Translations under genes and position numbers: made by a program
Assembly: GCA_040954595.2 (NCBI GenBank)
Contig: CM082586.2
Span: 9,207,337-9,271,336 of the forward strand
Origin: Balanoglossus misakiensis
Lineage: Eukaryota; Animalia; Hemichordata
DNA: 64,000 bases
Direction: 5' to 3'
The notes under the pieces: model-generated
Told to the model about the DNA's origin: nothing
The model's database searches: none
What the model saw: the letters and a program-made list of their open reading frames with translations, nothing else
Shown here: positions 25,591 to 38,029 of the stretch, piece after piece
Position numbering within the stretch: the stretch's first letter is position 1
How the letters are laid out: each line of letters starts with the position of its first letter

Positions 25591-27351
25591 ATGGACCAAA
25601 CATGGTACAACAAGAAATGCGAAGATCTCCTTGAAGACACTAAATTCTACAAGCAACTCGATGATGACCCAACAGAAACCTACACTACAGAACTACAAAA
25701 GAATATCAACCGATGGAGACGCAAAAACTGGATATCCAATGATACAGCCGCCAACTTATTTCCCCAGGAACCAAGACCAGGACACTTCTATGGACTTCCT
25801 AAGGTACATAAGAAAGACACTCCATTACGCCCCATAATACCACAATGTCAAGCTCTGACCACGCCCATTTCCACCTTTGCCGATTACGTCCTCCAACCTA
25901 TTGTTAAATCCCTCCCGTCATATATCAAGGACACTAATCACCATCTACAAGACATTGATCAAACCACCATACCCAACAATGCTCTTATTGTCACTATGGA
26001 TGTACAAGCACTCTATACTAATATCCCCCACGATTTTGGTTTGGCAGCAGCTAAGGAATATCTTATTGACCATAATGTAAATAGCCCTCAACTTACGATT
26101 GAAATGTTACACTTTATTTTAGAACACAATTTCTTTATTTTTAAAGATAGGTACTTCCTACAGACACACGGTACGGCCATGGGGTCAAAGGTCGCCCCCT
26201 CTTATGCAAACCTCGCCATGGGCAAAATCGAAAACATGATTCTGCAAAATGCTGAACACAAACCTATACACTGGCGACGCTACATTGATGACATCCGTTT
26301 CATATGGACCCATGGTGTAGAAAATCTTCACTCCTTCCACAAATTTTGCAATCAAATTCACCCCACCATCAAATTTACCATGGAATTTAACTCTGTTAAT
26401 GTACCCTTTCTAGATACTTCTATGAGCATACAAGAAAACAAAATCCACACCACCATATATAGCAAACCCACAGACCAACACACTTATCTGTGGCACAACT
26501 CCTGCCACCCAAAACACGTTTTCGGTTCTATCACTTGGAGTCAGACTCTACGTTACCGCCGCATTTGTTCAAGCGACCAGTCATATGACAAAGCCACTAG
26601 TGATCTGAGAGAGCATTTCAGGGCAAGGGGCTATAATCCACATAAGATCGACCATGACATCAACAAAGCGAAGAACCTAGACAGAAAACAACTCATCAAC
26701 GCCAACCACTCGAGCCCCAGACGACACAACCAAAGAATTCCCTTGGTTGTCACCTTCAATCCTGTCCTCCCCAAAATTTCCGACATTCTCACCAAACACT
26801 GGGGCATTATTTCCAATGACACAGAAATAAACAAGGCCATTAAGGAATTACCAATAACAGCGTACAAACAATCCCCCAACATGAGGAAGATCCTTGTAAG
26901 AGCAAACCTGAAAACCACACCCATCGATCGCACTACTGGCGACACCAAACGATGTGGCAAATGCAACCAATGTCCCTTTATTTCAGAAACAGACACCATC
27001 ACAAGCACACACACCGGCAAAACCCACAAAGTCATTGGGAACATCAAATGCACTACCCGCAACCTTATCTACATCATAACCTGCCAGAAATGCCTAAAAC
27101 AATATATAGGCGAAACAAAAAGAGAATTCAAACGACGCCTATATGAACACATCTACACCATCAAAAATAACAAACCCACCCCTGTCTCAGAACATTTTAA
27201 CCAACCTGGTCACAACCTCAGTCACTTTCATGCCAGTGGCCTCTGCAAAATGTTCAGCCCCAACACACAAACCCGACGTCAAAAAGAACTCTTCTTCATT
27301 ACTAAGTTTGGTACCCTATCGCCAAATGGTATCAACCGTAAGGAGGGATGA
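25591..27351 (+). CDS. Penelope-like RT + GIY-YIG endonuclease, N-terminally truncated
   Basis: 586-aa ORF identical to the other full copies. Confidence 0.93.
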   Translation: MDQTWYNKKCEDLLEDTKFYKQLDDDPTETYTTELQKNINRWRRKNWISNDTAANLFPQEPRPGHFYGLPKVHKKDTPLRPIIPQCQALTTPISTFADYVLQPIVKSLPSYIKDTNHHLQDIDQTTIPNNALIVTMDVQALYTNIPHDFGLAAAKEYLIDHNVNSPQLTIEMLHFILEHNFFIFKDRYFLQTHGTAMGSKVAPSYANLAMGKIENMILQNAEHKPIHWRRYIDDIRFIWTHGVENLHSFHKFCNQIHPTIKFTMEFNSVNVPFLDTSMSIQENKIHTTIYSKPTDQHTYLWHNSCHPKHVFGSITWSQTLRYRRICSSDQSYDKATSDLREHFRARGYNPHKIDHDINKAKNLDRKQLINANHSSPRRHNQRIPLVVTFNPVLPKISDILTKHWGIISNDTEINKAIKELPITAYKQSPNMRKILVRANLKTTPIDRTTGDTKRCGKCNQCPFISETDTITSTHTGKTHKVIGNIKCTTRNLIYIITCQKCLKQYIGETKREFKRRLYEHIYTIKNNKPTPVSEHFNQPGHNLSHFHASGLCKMFSPNTQTRRQKELFFITKFGTLSPNGINRKEG

Positions 27352-27694
27352 TGCCTCCATACCATGTTCCTCTATTCTCATCTCAACTGGGGGGTCTACA
27401 TTTGATCTTTCTGCCCCACACTAGGGAGTCAGTTTCCAACACCATCACTGTACTTCTCGATACGCTGCAACTTCGTATCAAGGTTGGTTTCTCTCTTCAT
27501 TCTACACATATATAGTGATTTTATTCCCATGAAATGTACAACTCTTGTCATTACCATTCATTTTTTAACCTCTAGTCACACAGAGACGCCTTTTATTGTA
27601 ATGCCAATTTTGTTATTTTTCTGAAATTTACTGCTTTTTACCACATACCTATTTTAACCGATTCCTATCGTGTTTTATTTGTTTCCATTAGTAT

Positions 27695-27734
27695 ACCCTG
27701 AAGAAGGCAGTCTGTGTACTGCCGAAACGTTGGT
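27695..27734 (+). ncRNA. Minimal type I hammerhead ribozyme (copy D)
   Basis: CTGAAGA (27698-27704), stem II GGCAGT/ACTGCC, GAAAC, palindromic ACGT stem III, stem I ACC/GGT; PLE 3' ends are known to carry such motifs. Confidence 0.72.
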
Positions 27735-30700
27735 TTTAAATAAAGATCATTCAGAAGACAGGAACTGCGGTCGAGCATATTTTATATTTTACACTCTGTT
27801 CTACGTCCGATGTGCTCCCACCTTCCGCTGAAAACTTCGATAGTTGTAGTTGGACTGACTTTCCTACCTATCCTAGTTAAAAATACGCACGATTGTGTGC
27901 ACACCCCCTGTCTGAGTATGTTTACGGCAGCTACCGCCCGGCCATAGGCCGCCACGCTAATACGGCAAAGCAGCGGTCAGCGATAGCGTGCGCGTCCTGT
28001 AACCACAGTAACTGGATCGAACGCTAAAAATCCAATGTTTTGTACACAGAGATTTTGTACCGTTCACAAAAATCCCTAAGGCTTTTTTCACAGGCGACGT
28101 AGGCCAGCCAAATTTGACCTGCTTGTTGAGAACGCACTTCCGCATAGTGTGACGGATCGTTTTTTCGGTTTTCGTCGTGTTAAGAAGCGATACCAGTGGA
28201 AGAGTGCGTCCAAAAACACCCAAAATCGATGACTTTTTCAGGTGTGGTACGGGTATGCTGAAATCGTAGGATACAACGATAATATTCGAAAACAAAATCC
28301 GTCACGATCTTCCCTGGTTCAAGCAACTAATGAATACGTATCAAGTTCGTTTTTGAGGTCACGGAATAAAAAGCCTTAGGCTTTTGAAATTTGACCTAGC
28401 TAATTTGCATATCAATGGCGTCAGGGGGCGCGCGCTCACAATCGTGCAGATTTTCAACTAGTTACCAGCCCCTTGTTAGACTCTGAAAACGGCTTAGTCC
28501 AAATCGGGGTGTAATGTCCTATAAAGGCCCATAGCAACGGGCAAAAAGATCCCAGGGACCCATCTTAAGAGAAATAACAACACGTTCAATTTTACTGATC
28601 ATACATCTTTAACACAATTTCTCAAAGAATGTTTGGTAACTGGCTTTCAGCATCTTTGCTATTGTCAACGTTTTGCCATCTCTAAACATCATGAAGAAAA
28701 TAGCTTAGAACGAGTACCCTCGTAAACCACTCAACATTTTGTGTGTTTGTTTGTGTGATACCATGAGGCGATCGATGATATGGTCAGGGCATTATGGCCA
28801 AAGGGGACCATACCTGTCCTTTCTAATAAGGGCTACACAAAGAGAACATTGTTTCTTGTTATCTAAATTTGACTGCATGGGCGAATTACATTTTCAAGCT
28901 GTTACGTACCGATCCCAACATGAAAATTTAGCATTCAAGGCTTTTGAATGAAATTAAGATGAAGAGAATTTAACTGTCCCTGCATACACCTATGCAACTA
29001 TGAAGGACACTATGATTTCTGTGTTTATAATGATTCATCTTGGCGTGTATGTGATCATGCACTATCCTAGTCTAGTATCTAGCCGTCAACTTTGCTTCCA
29101 AAAATAACATCTAGATCAAGCATGCCACTGGCCCAATAAAACCTGATAGCCAAGTGATCATAGGTTAGCATGACATTAAACTGAGTGCGGCTGAAACACT
29201 GTTCGCTTACAATCGACAATTGTGTCACCTTGAATGAACTCGCACAGGTCAGAAAGGTCATTGTCTGTTGATATGGTAATTGGTATCTATGTGGAGTGAG
29301 CCACTGAAGAGATGCTAATCAGACTCGAGAATGATTGACTATACAGTAATACAGACATAGATTGAAAACTTTGGATTGTGATAATAAAATATGACGAGCA
29401 ATTTATTACTAGTAAAAACTTTGTACGTCCAGCACAAACAACAAACAGTTTCCATGATGTCATTGTTAAAAGTTGTGTGCCCCACTCACAGTCTCTCGAT
29501 CCAACACAGACACCCCACTCACAACTGACGGATAGACTGACTGACTGATTCACCTTTCCACAGATGTTTGGACAGTCATTTGATGTCTTGTAGAACAAGT
29601 CAGATTCATGGACTAATATTTTAGGCGTACAAAACGCGCATAGCACAGAGCTGGTTTGAGCTGACTTGCAATTGGAGCTAACATGCAAATGTGAGCACAC
29701 ATATATTGCCGTGTCTACAAGTTGCTGTCTGCAGTGTTGAATTTCATCGACAATTTGTCAAGTTTTCACAACTTTAATTTTGCTGCGACACGTTCTGTCC
29801 GGGTGGTAATTTGTAAATTTTGTCGTTCAAATGTTTCAGTCCACTTGAACCAAGAAAAATCTCAGCAGACGGATATTTATTCTGAAACACCTGTTGATAG
29901 ATTATGGGTGGTCATGATGAGACGGACAGCGTAAATTCAGTTCAAAAGTAACTTACCTGTGGGTCTTTATCTTCCGGGGAAGCCATTGCATTGTTGTGTC
30001 ATTAACATTGCCTTGAAATTCATTCACAAATTACACCATATCACGATGTTGCAGTCTTGAGTTCAACTGGCAAGTTAGTTTTGTTGGGATTGCGTCGTCT
30101 AGCTAATCATTTGATTTTGAAGACTGTATCTGTATAAAAGTCAATAAGTAAATACAAGCTGCACTACAAAGAAAAATAAGCATCTATTTGTCAGAATCAT
30201 GATGGCACACAGAGTATTTATGAAACTGTTATCAGTTTTGCAGATTCGATTGTACACAGCCATAAATGGCAAAACAATCCCTGCACAAAATGTAAATATA
30301 AAGGGTCAAACAAAATATATTGCGGAAGCTGCAATTAATATTACACAATTCTCATTCCACGTTCTCATGTTGGTTTTTGGCGACATTCATGTGATGGTAA
30401 TGACTACTTGGTTTACTATTGCAATGTGAAGTTATTAAATTAATTTGCTTTTTCATAAATAGTGGAACACATAACTGAAGTTTTGTGGGCCAAACTTGAC
30501 TTCATATCTGCACTCTTCATTCTGTCAACATTTAATTAATCCACATTAATTGTAGAGTTATCGAGTCAGTCAGAGCAATTAGCACCCTTCCCAGGTACTC
30601 AAGCTTTAGACTGTCAGCAGTCATCACTCCCCAGGCACGATCACAACTCCCAGCATTTTTGTAGCAATGATATAAAATTATTCATGTCATTGTTGTTAGT

Positions 30701-31721
30701 GAAACAAATTGTTTTTCGACCACATTCTTGAACACCAATTATTGTGTCTGTAATTAAGCTATTGTGTTATTTCTCACATACTTAAAACATAAATTGCTAG
30801 AGAAAAACTACAGAAGGAAAGTGTATACAGAATGACAAAAGGAAAATATATGAATGTCGAAAGATTGTGAATTTCTACCCTCCCCTGGTGGTGATACACT
30901 CAGGGTCAATAGCTATCCATGCATGTTCCCAAAACTATCACAGAGAAGGGGACGCTTTTCGGTATCATCACTGTCTTTGAAAATGATAAAAATGGTACAT
31001 CTTATAACATGACAATGTTCAAATGAGATTTGAAATACGGATGGGTGTCTAAACCATAGTTCTTTATATTAGAAACATTGTTATTGCTTTATATTTGTAT
31101 TATGGCATTAACTGTCCCAGTTTTTGTAAATTAGGAGCTAAGGGGGCTTTTGTCTCATTTTCTTCCATATATATATATATATATATTCAGACAGTGTTTT
31201 ATTCAGGATGGTATCAGCAGGGGGTATATGTCCCCCTTCGCCAGAATATTTGAGGGTGATTCCACTCTGGCAAGGGGGAATGTTATATCTTCAACATGTG
31301 AGTAACATCATTTTAAAGGGCACTCAGGTGCCCCTTTGACAATTAAATTTCCAGGGGGTACCAACACATCAATAGGAGGTGAATCCAAATTGTCTTTTTG
31401 TTGTTGAAAATTCCTGGAAATGTTATGGACAGGCAATGTCTATTTTCCCTGAGAGTGCCAGCACCGGTTTTGTATTTCTGTTTTCCTGTTGCCCTTTGGA
31501 GATCTTGCTGCTTTGTCTTGGAGAAGAGTGATTGTGTTGTCTTTGTTTTCTCACAACATGATGTCATCATTTTGTATTCAAATTGGCGTACATGATCATG
31601 TTTTGGCTTCATAATTTTTCATTAATGAAGATTTCAATGTTTTCCTTTTATATTACTGCTGTTTATGATTGCATTTTGAGAATATTTTGATGAAAGAAAT
31701 GTTGATTGTTGAATGTTACAG

Positions 31722-31820
31722 AATCTAATCAATGCCGCAGTGAAGGGTGATGTTGCAAAGATTCAGTCGCTGATAGCTGATGGATATGATGTCAATGCAA
31801 GGGGTAAATACCCAGGACAG
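31722..31820 (+). CDS. Roco gene exon: N-terminal ankyrin repeat
   Basis: 99 bp, CAG/GTAAGT; NLINAAVKGDVAKIQSLIADGYDVNARGKYPGQ. Confidence 0.85.
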
Positions 31821-32644
31821 GTAAGTGTTCGTATTGACCAATGTTTTATACAGAGTCATCGCTCAGGGCTAGCGTTTGATATTTAATTTTTCACATGCGG
31901 TGCATGCAGGAACTTAAAAAAATTGTGTGAAACTGTATTTCAATTACGTGCAACAAAATAATGATAGACAGCCTGGGTTTTTGGTAAGTAACAACTTTTA
32001 ATAGAAATATATTTTTAAAATAACGAATTTTGTTGAAATAAAATGGATTCTTGGTGCAAACAAGATATTCCTAATGTCAATTCTTCCATAAAGATAAACT
32101 TACAGACACGGAGAGGTCTGCTGCAAGCAGTATTTTTAGGGGTCAACTATGGTGTTTCAAATTCTCTGTGGCAAGAACTAATTCTTAACTGGGGTGTTTT
32201 TCAAGGTCCATCGCACTATTCTGTTTGCAAATACATCATTGCAGTTTGCCACGCCGCTTTCTATAGCACCCCTGATGCTGTTACTGTAGTAGCACTAGCT
32301 GAACCCCTGAAATGTTCCAGGACCACTTCAACTGTTCACATGTAATATTTTATGCCGGCATTTGAGCAGAGACGTTTCAGAAACATTTCAATGGTTATGA
32401 GTGACTGGCTTTTCACACAACAGTAACACTGAATCAACTAGATATCTATGAACTTCCAAAATACCACACACTCCCAAAATGATATCACAACACCACATTT
32501 AGATTGTGCAAAAACAGACCTACACTAGCCCACAAATATAAATAATCTCAATTCAGTGCAGACTTTTTCATCAACAGTTCCAGTTTTACCTAGTGTGAAC
32601 ATGGTATCAGTCTACAGTTTGGTTCAATGTGGTTCAACCACATA

Positions 32645-32814
32645 CAGTAATACCTGTCGAAATGGAACATGCCGTATCTGGAAAACTGTCTATAATGAAC
32701 ACATTTTCCTGTCCCCTTGACATAGAACCACGTGTTAAAAGAACCTTTACAAACCAGAAACGTCTGTAAACTGAACAATTTCTTCTGTCCCTTTGGATTA
32801 GACGGGTTTTACTG
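32645..32814. mobile_element. Tc1/mariner-type MITE
   Basis: TA-CAGTAATACCTGTC..GACGGGTTTTACTG-TA. Confidence 0.7.
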
Positions 32815-33074
32815 TACATGTGTTTTGGTCATAGAGAATTGTCACTCAACCTTAGAAAATACTATTATTATGATCTTTCAGAATCAAATCTATATCAGTC
32901 TATTACTGAAATAACACACCATCGTAATCAAAACCATTATTACAATAGTGACTGAAGCTCATTGTGATGAAATTCCTAGAGTTTCCTCATCAAAAGATCA
33001 AGCAGTTGACTCACATTGCAAGTATCAGATTTGTGATGTCATTTTTATTCCAACATTAAACGTCTTTATTCCAG

Positions 33075-33173
33075 AATGATTCCACAGCATTGCATGCAGC
33101 GTCCTTCAAAGGTAAATTGGATGCTGTCAGGATGTTGATTAGCCATGGTGCAGATGTCAATGCGAAGGATGAG
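33075..33173 (+). CDS. Roco gene exon: ankyrin repeat
   Basis: 99 bp; NDSTALHAASFKGKLDAVRMLISHGADVNAKDE. Confidence 0.9.
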
Positions 33174-33991
33174 GTACGTGAACTGACTTATCACTTTATT
33201 ATGGATAATGTGGCCACACAATTGGATAATAAAAAAATGCCTTTGAAAAAGACCTAATTACAACACTCTTATTTTCATCCAAAATTACTTTGCATGATCC
33301 AAATTCAATGGGAAGAAACAAGCTAACCCTGAACAAGAAGAGGGAAAGGCCAAAAAGTATTACCCATACTGATTTAGTTTTACTAACCATGATACCCTTG
33401 GGATCCAGCCATAGGAAGGACAGTGGGACACATTGCACTCTAAATTTAACAATCTTTACAATTTAGCCAAAGATGTTGAACCATAGTGTATTTGACACAT
33501 TTGTTCCGAATGAATAAATATGTTCCAGAAAGTAAATTTTGATGCATTTTTTTGTGTTTCACCAAAGTTAACAAATTTTTATTTTTTTTCAAGCCATCTC
33601 TGAAATTTTGCTGGCAATCTTTTTTTAAATCTTCCAGATCCCCTCCCTTAGTTAAGCTATGGAGTCTAAACCATCCAATGTTAAAAACTATATGACCAGT
33701 CAAAGCGTTTTCCTCGCTGTTAGAATCAATTGAGATTCTTCACCGTCATTCTTTGATCTGTATTCATTTTAACAGTCGGCAATTTTCATTTTGTGTGTAG
33801 AAGGACTGTGCATTATCCTTTCAAATCAGTCAGTATGCCATTCTTGCTTGTTTTTTGCAATATGGCTGATACTTTTGATATTTGTTTATTTATTTGTAGG
33901 TTTGTTTGTTTGTTTGTTTGTTTAAAGAAACCTCATATTACATTTCAATTTTTGTGACATTGTTCCCATGCTTCTCCTTCATTACTTACAG

Positions 33992-34090
33992 GATGGAGTC
34001 ACCCCTTTGAATGATGCAGCAGGGTTTGGTGGTGAAGGCTGTGTCAGATTGTTATTGGAACACAAAGCTGATGTTACCATACAAACCCAG
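33992..34090 (+). CDS. Ankyrin cassette exon 1
   Basis: 99 bp; DGVTPLNDAAGFGGEGCVRLLLEHKADVTIQTQ. Confidence 0.85.
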
Positions 34091-34255
34091 GTAAATACCA
34101 ACTTGACTTCTGCAGGTTAATCTATCAGTATGGAATGATTTATTCATTCATTTTTTGTTTGTTTGTTTGTTTGTATGTTTTTTGTTTAAGGAAAATTACA
34201 CATTACGTTTAATTTTTGTGACATAGTTCTCATGCTCCTCCTTCATTACTTACAG

Positions 34256-34357
34256 TGGGGAGACACCCCTTTGCACTCTGCAGCAAGGAGGGATGTTGGT
34301 GAAGGCCGTGTCAGATTGTTATTGGAACACAAAGCTGATGTAACCATACAAAACAAG
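34256..34357 (+). CDS. Ankyrin cassette exon 2
   Basis: 102 bp; WGDTPLHSAARRDVGEGRVRLLLEHKADVTIQNK. Confidence 0.85.
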
Positions 34358-37165
34358 GTAAATACCAACCTGACTTCTGCAGGTAAATTCTAAAAGTATG
34401 AGCTTTCTCAATAGTGCCATTTCCTCTGTAGTTTTCTTAGTAAATTGTGTCTGGGATACAATGTATATATTTGTCCATTGCCCTTTGAATCAAAACTACT
34501 CCCTCCATTGGTCAGGTGTTGTACAGATAGACTGATGACAGTCCATGCCAATCCTATCACAGAACGTATCAGATAGGGTGATTGTCTGTCGGCCTCCAGC
34601 ATCTGCCAACTCCTGTCTGGTACCTAATACAATTCATCATAAGGAGGTGCCATATAATTTGTCACTGTCCTTTGAATCAAAACTACTTCCTCTCGGCCAG
34701 GTGTTGTCCAGACACAGGCAAGTATTGATTCATTATGGTGATGTGATTGTCTCTCCTATATCTGAGACATTTGATCTCCACTGTGAGCAATTTGGAGTTA
34801 TGAGAAAGGGGGATTGTCTCCAGCATCTGCCAAAAACTGTCTTGTTGAACATAAGGATGTTGTTGTTTATTGCATTGTTTATCGTCAATCTTTTGTGGTT
34901 TAAATAATAATCTCATTATTGGCACAGCGATTTCTGTCTGTCCTTCTGTAGACAGATTTTGTTCCACTCATATCTTGAGAGAAATTGAATCCAATGATAT
35001 GAAATTTTGTATGTAGCATTGTTATGATAAGTTCTAGATCTGATAAGATTTTGGTGGGTATGGCTTATTAATAAATTCTCCTTTGCATATTTGTGTGTGG
35101 TCGAACGTTAATTCACTACATACACATGTAGAATAACATAAACAGTGTCTTGTATCAAACATAATTAATGGAAAAAGGGAAGCGAGAGAGAGAGAGACTT
35201 TGTCCCTTTAATATTCAGGAATTTACTTTTCTTGTATACGTACACTCTTATAATGATTGTAAATCTTGAGAATGGCTATCAAGTTGACAACCCTCGCACA
35301 AGTATATCATGTACATAAACAAAAATAGTCTGGTTTGTGGAGCCTCCTCCCTTTTTTACAGGAAGTACTTTCAAAATATGTTTATGCAATCAGTCCACAC
35401 TCATGCTCAGTTTTGTGTCAGAATTATAGTCATAGCAACATTTTGAGTAAGACTTTACCAGAAGAACTTGTTTTCATTGCGGCTCTGATTGGGGCCGTTT
35501 TAAAAAGGGGTTTGTTTGGCAACTTTTAGGACCGAAGGACGGATGCGCAGCCATGGTCACATCACACATGTCAAGTTGGGGACTTGCTGGGGGCAGGGGT
35601 GCTTGTTGACGGTGCCGAGAGGAGTCGGCCAGTTTTAGCTTGTACTTCAGGCCGAATAGCACAGTGCCAACCCAATTTACCTTTTATAAACTTTATAAAA
35701 TATATTACATTTTAACATTAAATTGTTCAGTCGGATGATTTTTTTCATCATTCTGAGCAACACAGCGGCAGCATTTGGATTGCTCTTTCTCTTGGAAATA
35801 GCTCAAGCTTATAAAACATGAGGTCTGTGCGGCTCCACTCCTCAGCTTCTCATCACTGTCTGTCACTTACCCAATCATTTCAAAGGGGGTGATCAAGATG
35901 GCCAGAACAGCAAGTTTTAACCAACCAGGTTCCAGAACCTGAGAGAAGGTGCTAAAAGCATGCAATAGATATATTGATGAGATAAACATTGGGAACAATA
36001 GGATTAAGGGAAGTGTGACTGGTCCAATCTGTTCTGTTTTAGTGTGGGGCACGGCTGGAATGGTTACACAAATGTCCTTGAAAGTTAGTGCTACTGTGGC
36101 TTCCAATGTTATCTCTTATGAAGAGTTTTGATAATTTTGTTTGTTCTTTATATTACATGAAAAGAATGACTGCATTCATTGCATTTAATTTTGTTTGCCA
36201 CACATTCCCATTGGCCACAGTGTCCACTGAAGTCTTTCTTTGGTTATTAGACTTTTTGATGCAGTGCGATGGAGAAAGGGAATCAGTGTTAACTTTCTTC
36301 AGATGGTTTTTTTTTGGTGAAATTCAAGTTTTTTTTATTTAAACACTATTTCTACAAATAACGAGTGACACCATTGCACAACTCTACTTGATATTGTTGG
36401 ACCACTCAGTAGAAATTTATTTTAATGATGATTGATTTATCCCTTGTCACATACAATTTCTCTGTTATTTCCCCTTTGATCGACATCGTTCAGTCTGCAC
36501 AGCTTGGCTACTTTGTGCTGAGAACAGTCTGATGCCCTCCTACAGGAAATAAACATAGTTTGGTTAGCTCAGATGTTTGATCTGTTTCCACATAAATCTC
36601 CACATATCTCAAATTTGTCATCATATTGGAGATGAGATGTGATTATTCAAAATTCTTCTGACAATTCTACTAAATGTCACTGTAGTTGTTTGCTAAATCT
36701 TCTTCTATATTGTGCAGGTTGCAAAAATAAATTGGTCCCATTCAGGAAATGTTCACTAACATCACATCACTGTCAGTTTTTTGATAGAAAATCATAAATA
36801 AAGTTCAGTTTAAAATTGGTGTATTGGTTATCCGTAATGTTATCTGTTTTGCAAGTTGTCAAATTTGAGTTTGTTTGTGAATTATTTATAGTAACTTTTC
36901 TTTCTGTATCAACTGGCAGATATTTTGTCAGAATTCTTTTAGCTCGTTAAAATGCATGTATAAAACTGAATTACACATCTTGTGTGTAGAGTCGATACTG
37001 TTTCTGTTCAAATGCCATTTACTGTTGGTTAATATTATCCACAAGGGAGTTTGCGATTATTTGTCGTTTGTGTGTTTGTTCGATCGTTCATTTTAACAAA
37101 ATAACCTCATGTTACATTTCATTTTTCTTGACATTCTCATCATGCTCCTCCTTCATTACTTACAG

Positions 37166-37267
37166 AATGGAGACACCCCTTTGCATTATGCAGTAAGAGG
37201 GTGTCGTGGTGAAGGCCTTGTCAGATTGTTATTGGAACACAAAGCTGATGTGACCATACCAAACAAG
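37166..37267 (+). CDS. Ankyrin cassette exon 3
   Basis: 102 bp; NGDTPLHYAVRGCRGEGLVRLLLEHKADVTIPNK. Confidence 0.85.
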
Positions 37268-37328
37268 GTAAATACCAACATGACGTCTGCAGGTTAATTC
37301 TATCAATGCGGATATATTCATTCATTTG

Positions 37329-37970
37329 TGTCACGGTTGTCGCCGTTCATTCCAACATATTCACACCAAACAGGTTACGGGTAACAAAGACATAGGCCTT
37401 ACATTTAATAACTGAAATGGAACAAATACATGTCAGTTCCAACGTGTGTGGCCGGTCTGGCTACAGAGGTGAACTGCTAAATTACACACATGTATGGGAG
37501 TTCACCTCCAACAGAATACACCAAAATTCATGCAAGTGAAAAATATAGACATACAATTGGAAAATTGACGCAAGTTAAAGACACCAATTACTTGTGCTGA
37601 AATGAGTCGGTAGAATGCACCAAAATACAAAGCTTCAAGCAACAGGTAAGGTACAAGGAAACTAACCTGAAATGGAACAAATACATGTCAGTTCCAACGT
37701 GTGTGGCCGGTCTGGCTACAGAGGTGAACTGACCAATTTTATGCACCATGTCCTTTTATATCAGCAATTACATCATAGTGCCAGATTAGCTTGTGTTCAT
37801 TGGTCAAATGAAACTTCCAGGTGGTTTGCATATAATTAAGATCAACCAATTGAAGGTAAGTACTATTACGTCATATGAATAATTGAATAACTAATTACTA
37901 TAAGATACAGGTATAACATACATACAGATATACATGTATACAAATTCAATGGATCAACAAGGCCGTTACA
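37329..37970 (-). repeat. 3' LTR
   Basis: TGTCACGG..CCGTTACA; no differences from 44759-45400 seen by eye. Confidence 0.95.
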
Positions 37971-38029
37971 CGCACCCCTGCGAGGAGAAATGGCGTCCTC
38001 GTCATTTAAAGTAAGTTAAAGATATTTGA

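Larger units (their letters stand above)
25491..27872 (+). mobile_element. Penelope-like element copy D (with 75-bp 3' tail)
   Basis: ORF, 3' UTR, hammerhead, AATAAA, tail 27798-27872, then right target duplication CTAGTTAAAAA (27873-27883). Confidence 0.92.
16493..28564. mobile_element. TTAA-flanked TIR MITE (Kolobok-like) split by the Penelope complex; pieces 16493-16606 and 27884-28564, inverted duplicate 22415-23106
   Basis: TIR GATGGGTCCCTGGGATCTTTTTGC.. / ..GCAAAAAGATCCCAGGGACCCATC; TTAA at 16489-16492 and 28565-28568. Confidence 0.75.
20401..30578. repeat. ~10.2-kb palindrome (arms 20401-25488 and 25491-30578, 2-nt spacer CA)
   Basis: Mirror ORFs in the six-frame track have coordinate sums of 50979 and identical translations; ends TTGCTCTGACTGAC / GTCAGTCAGAGCAA. 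Confidence 0.95.

Noticed and set aside
17052-27351. PLE ORFs as complete autonomous genes or telomerase-like RT
   Set aside because: All copies begin mid-ORF at the palindrome centre with no promoter or N-terminus; GIY-YIG identifies endonuclease-positive PLEs.
35500-36850. Possible decayed THAP-containing transposon in the intron (SEHFLNG-like on the minus strand)
   Set aside because: Only a short motif; no termini or continuous frame could be established.
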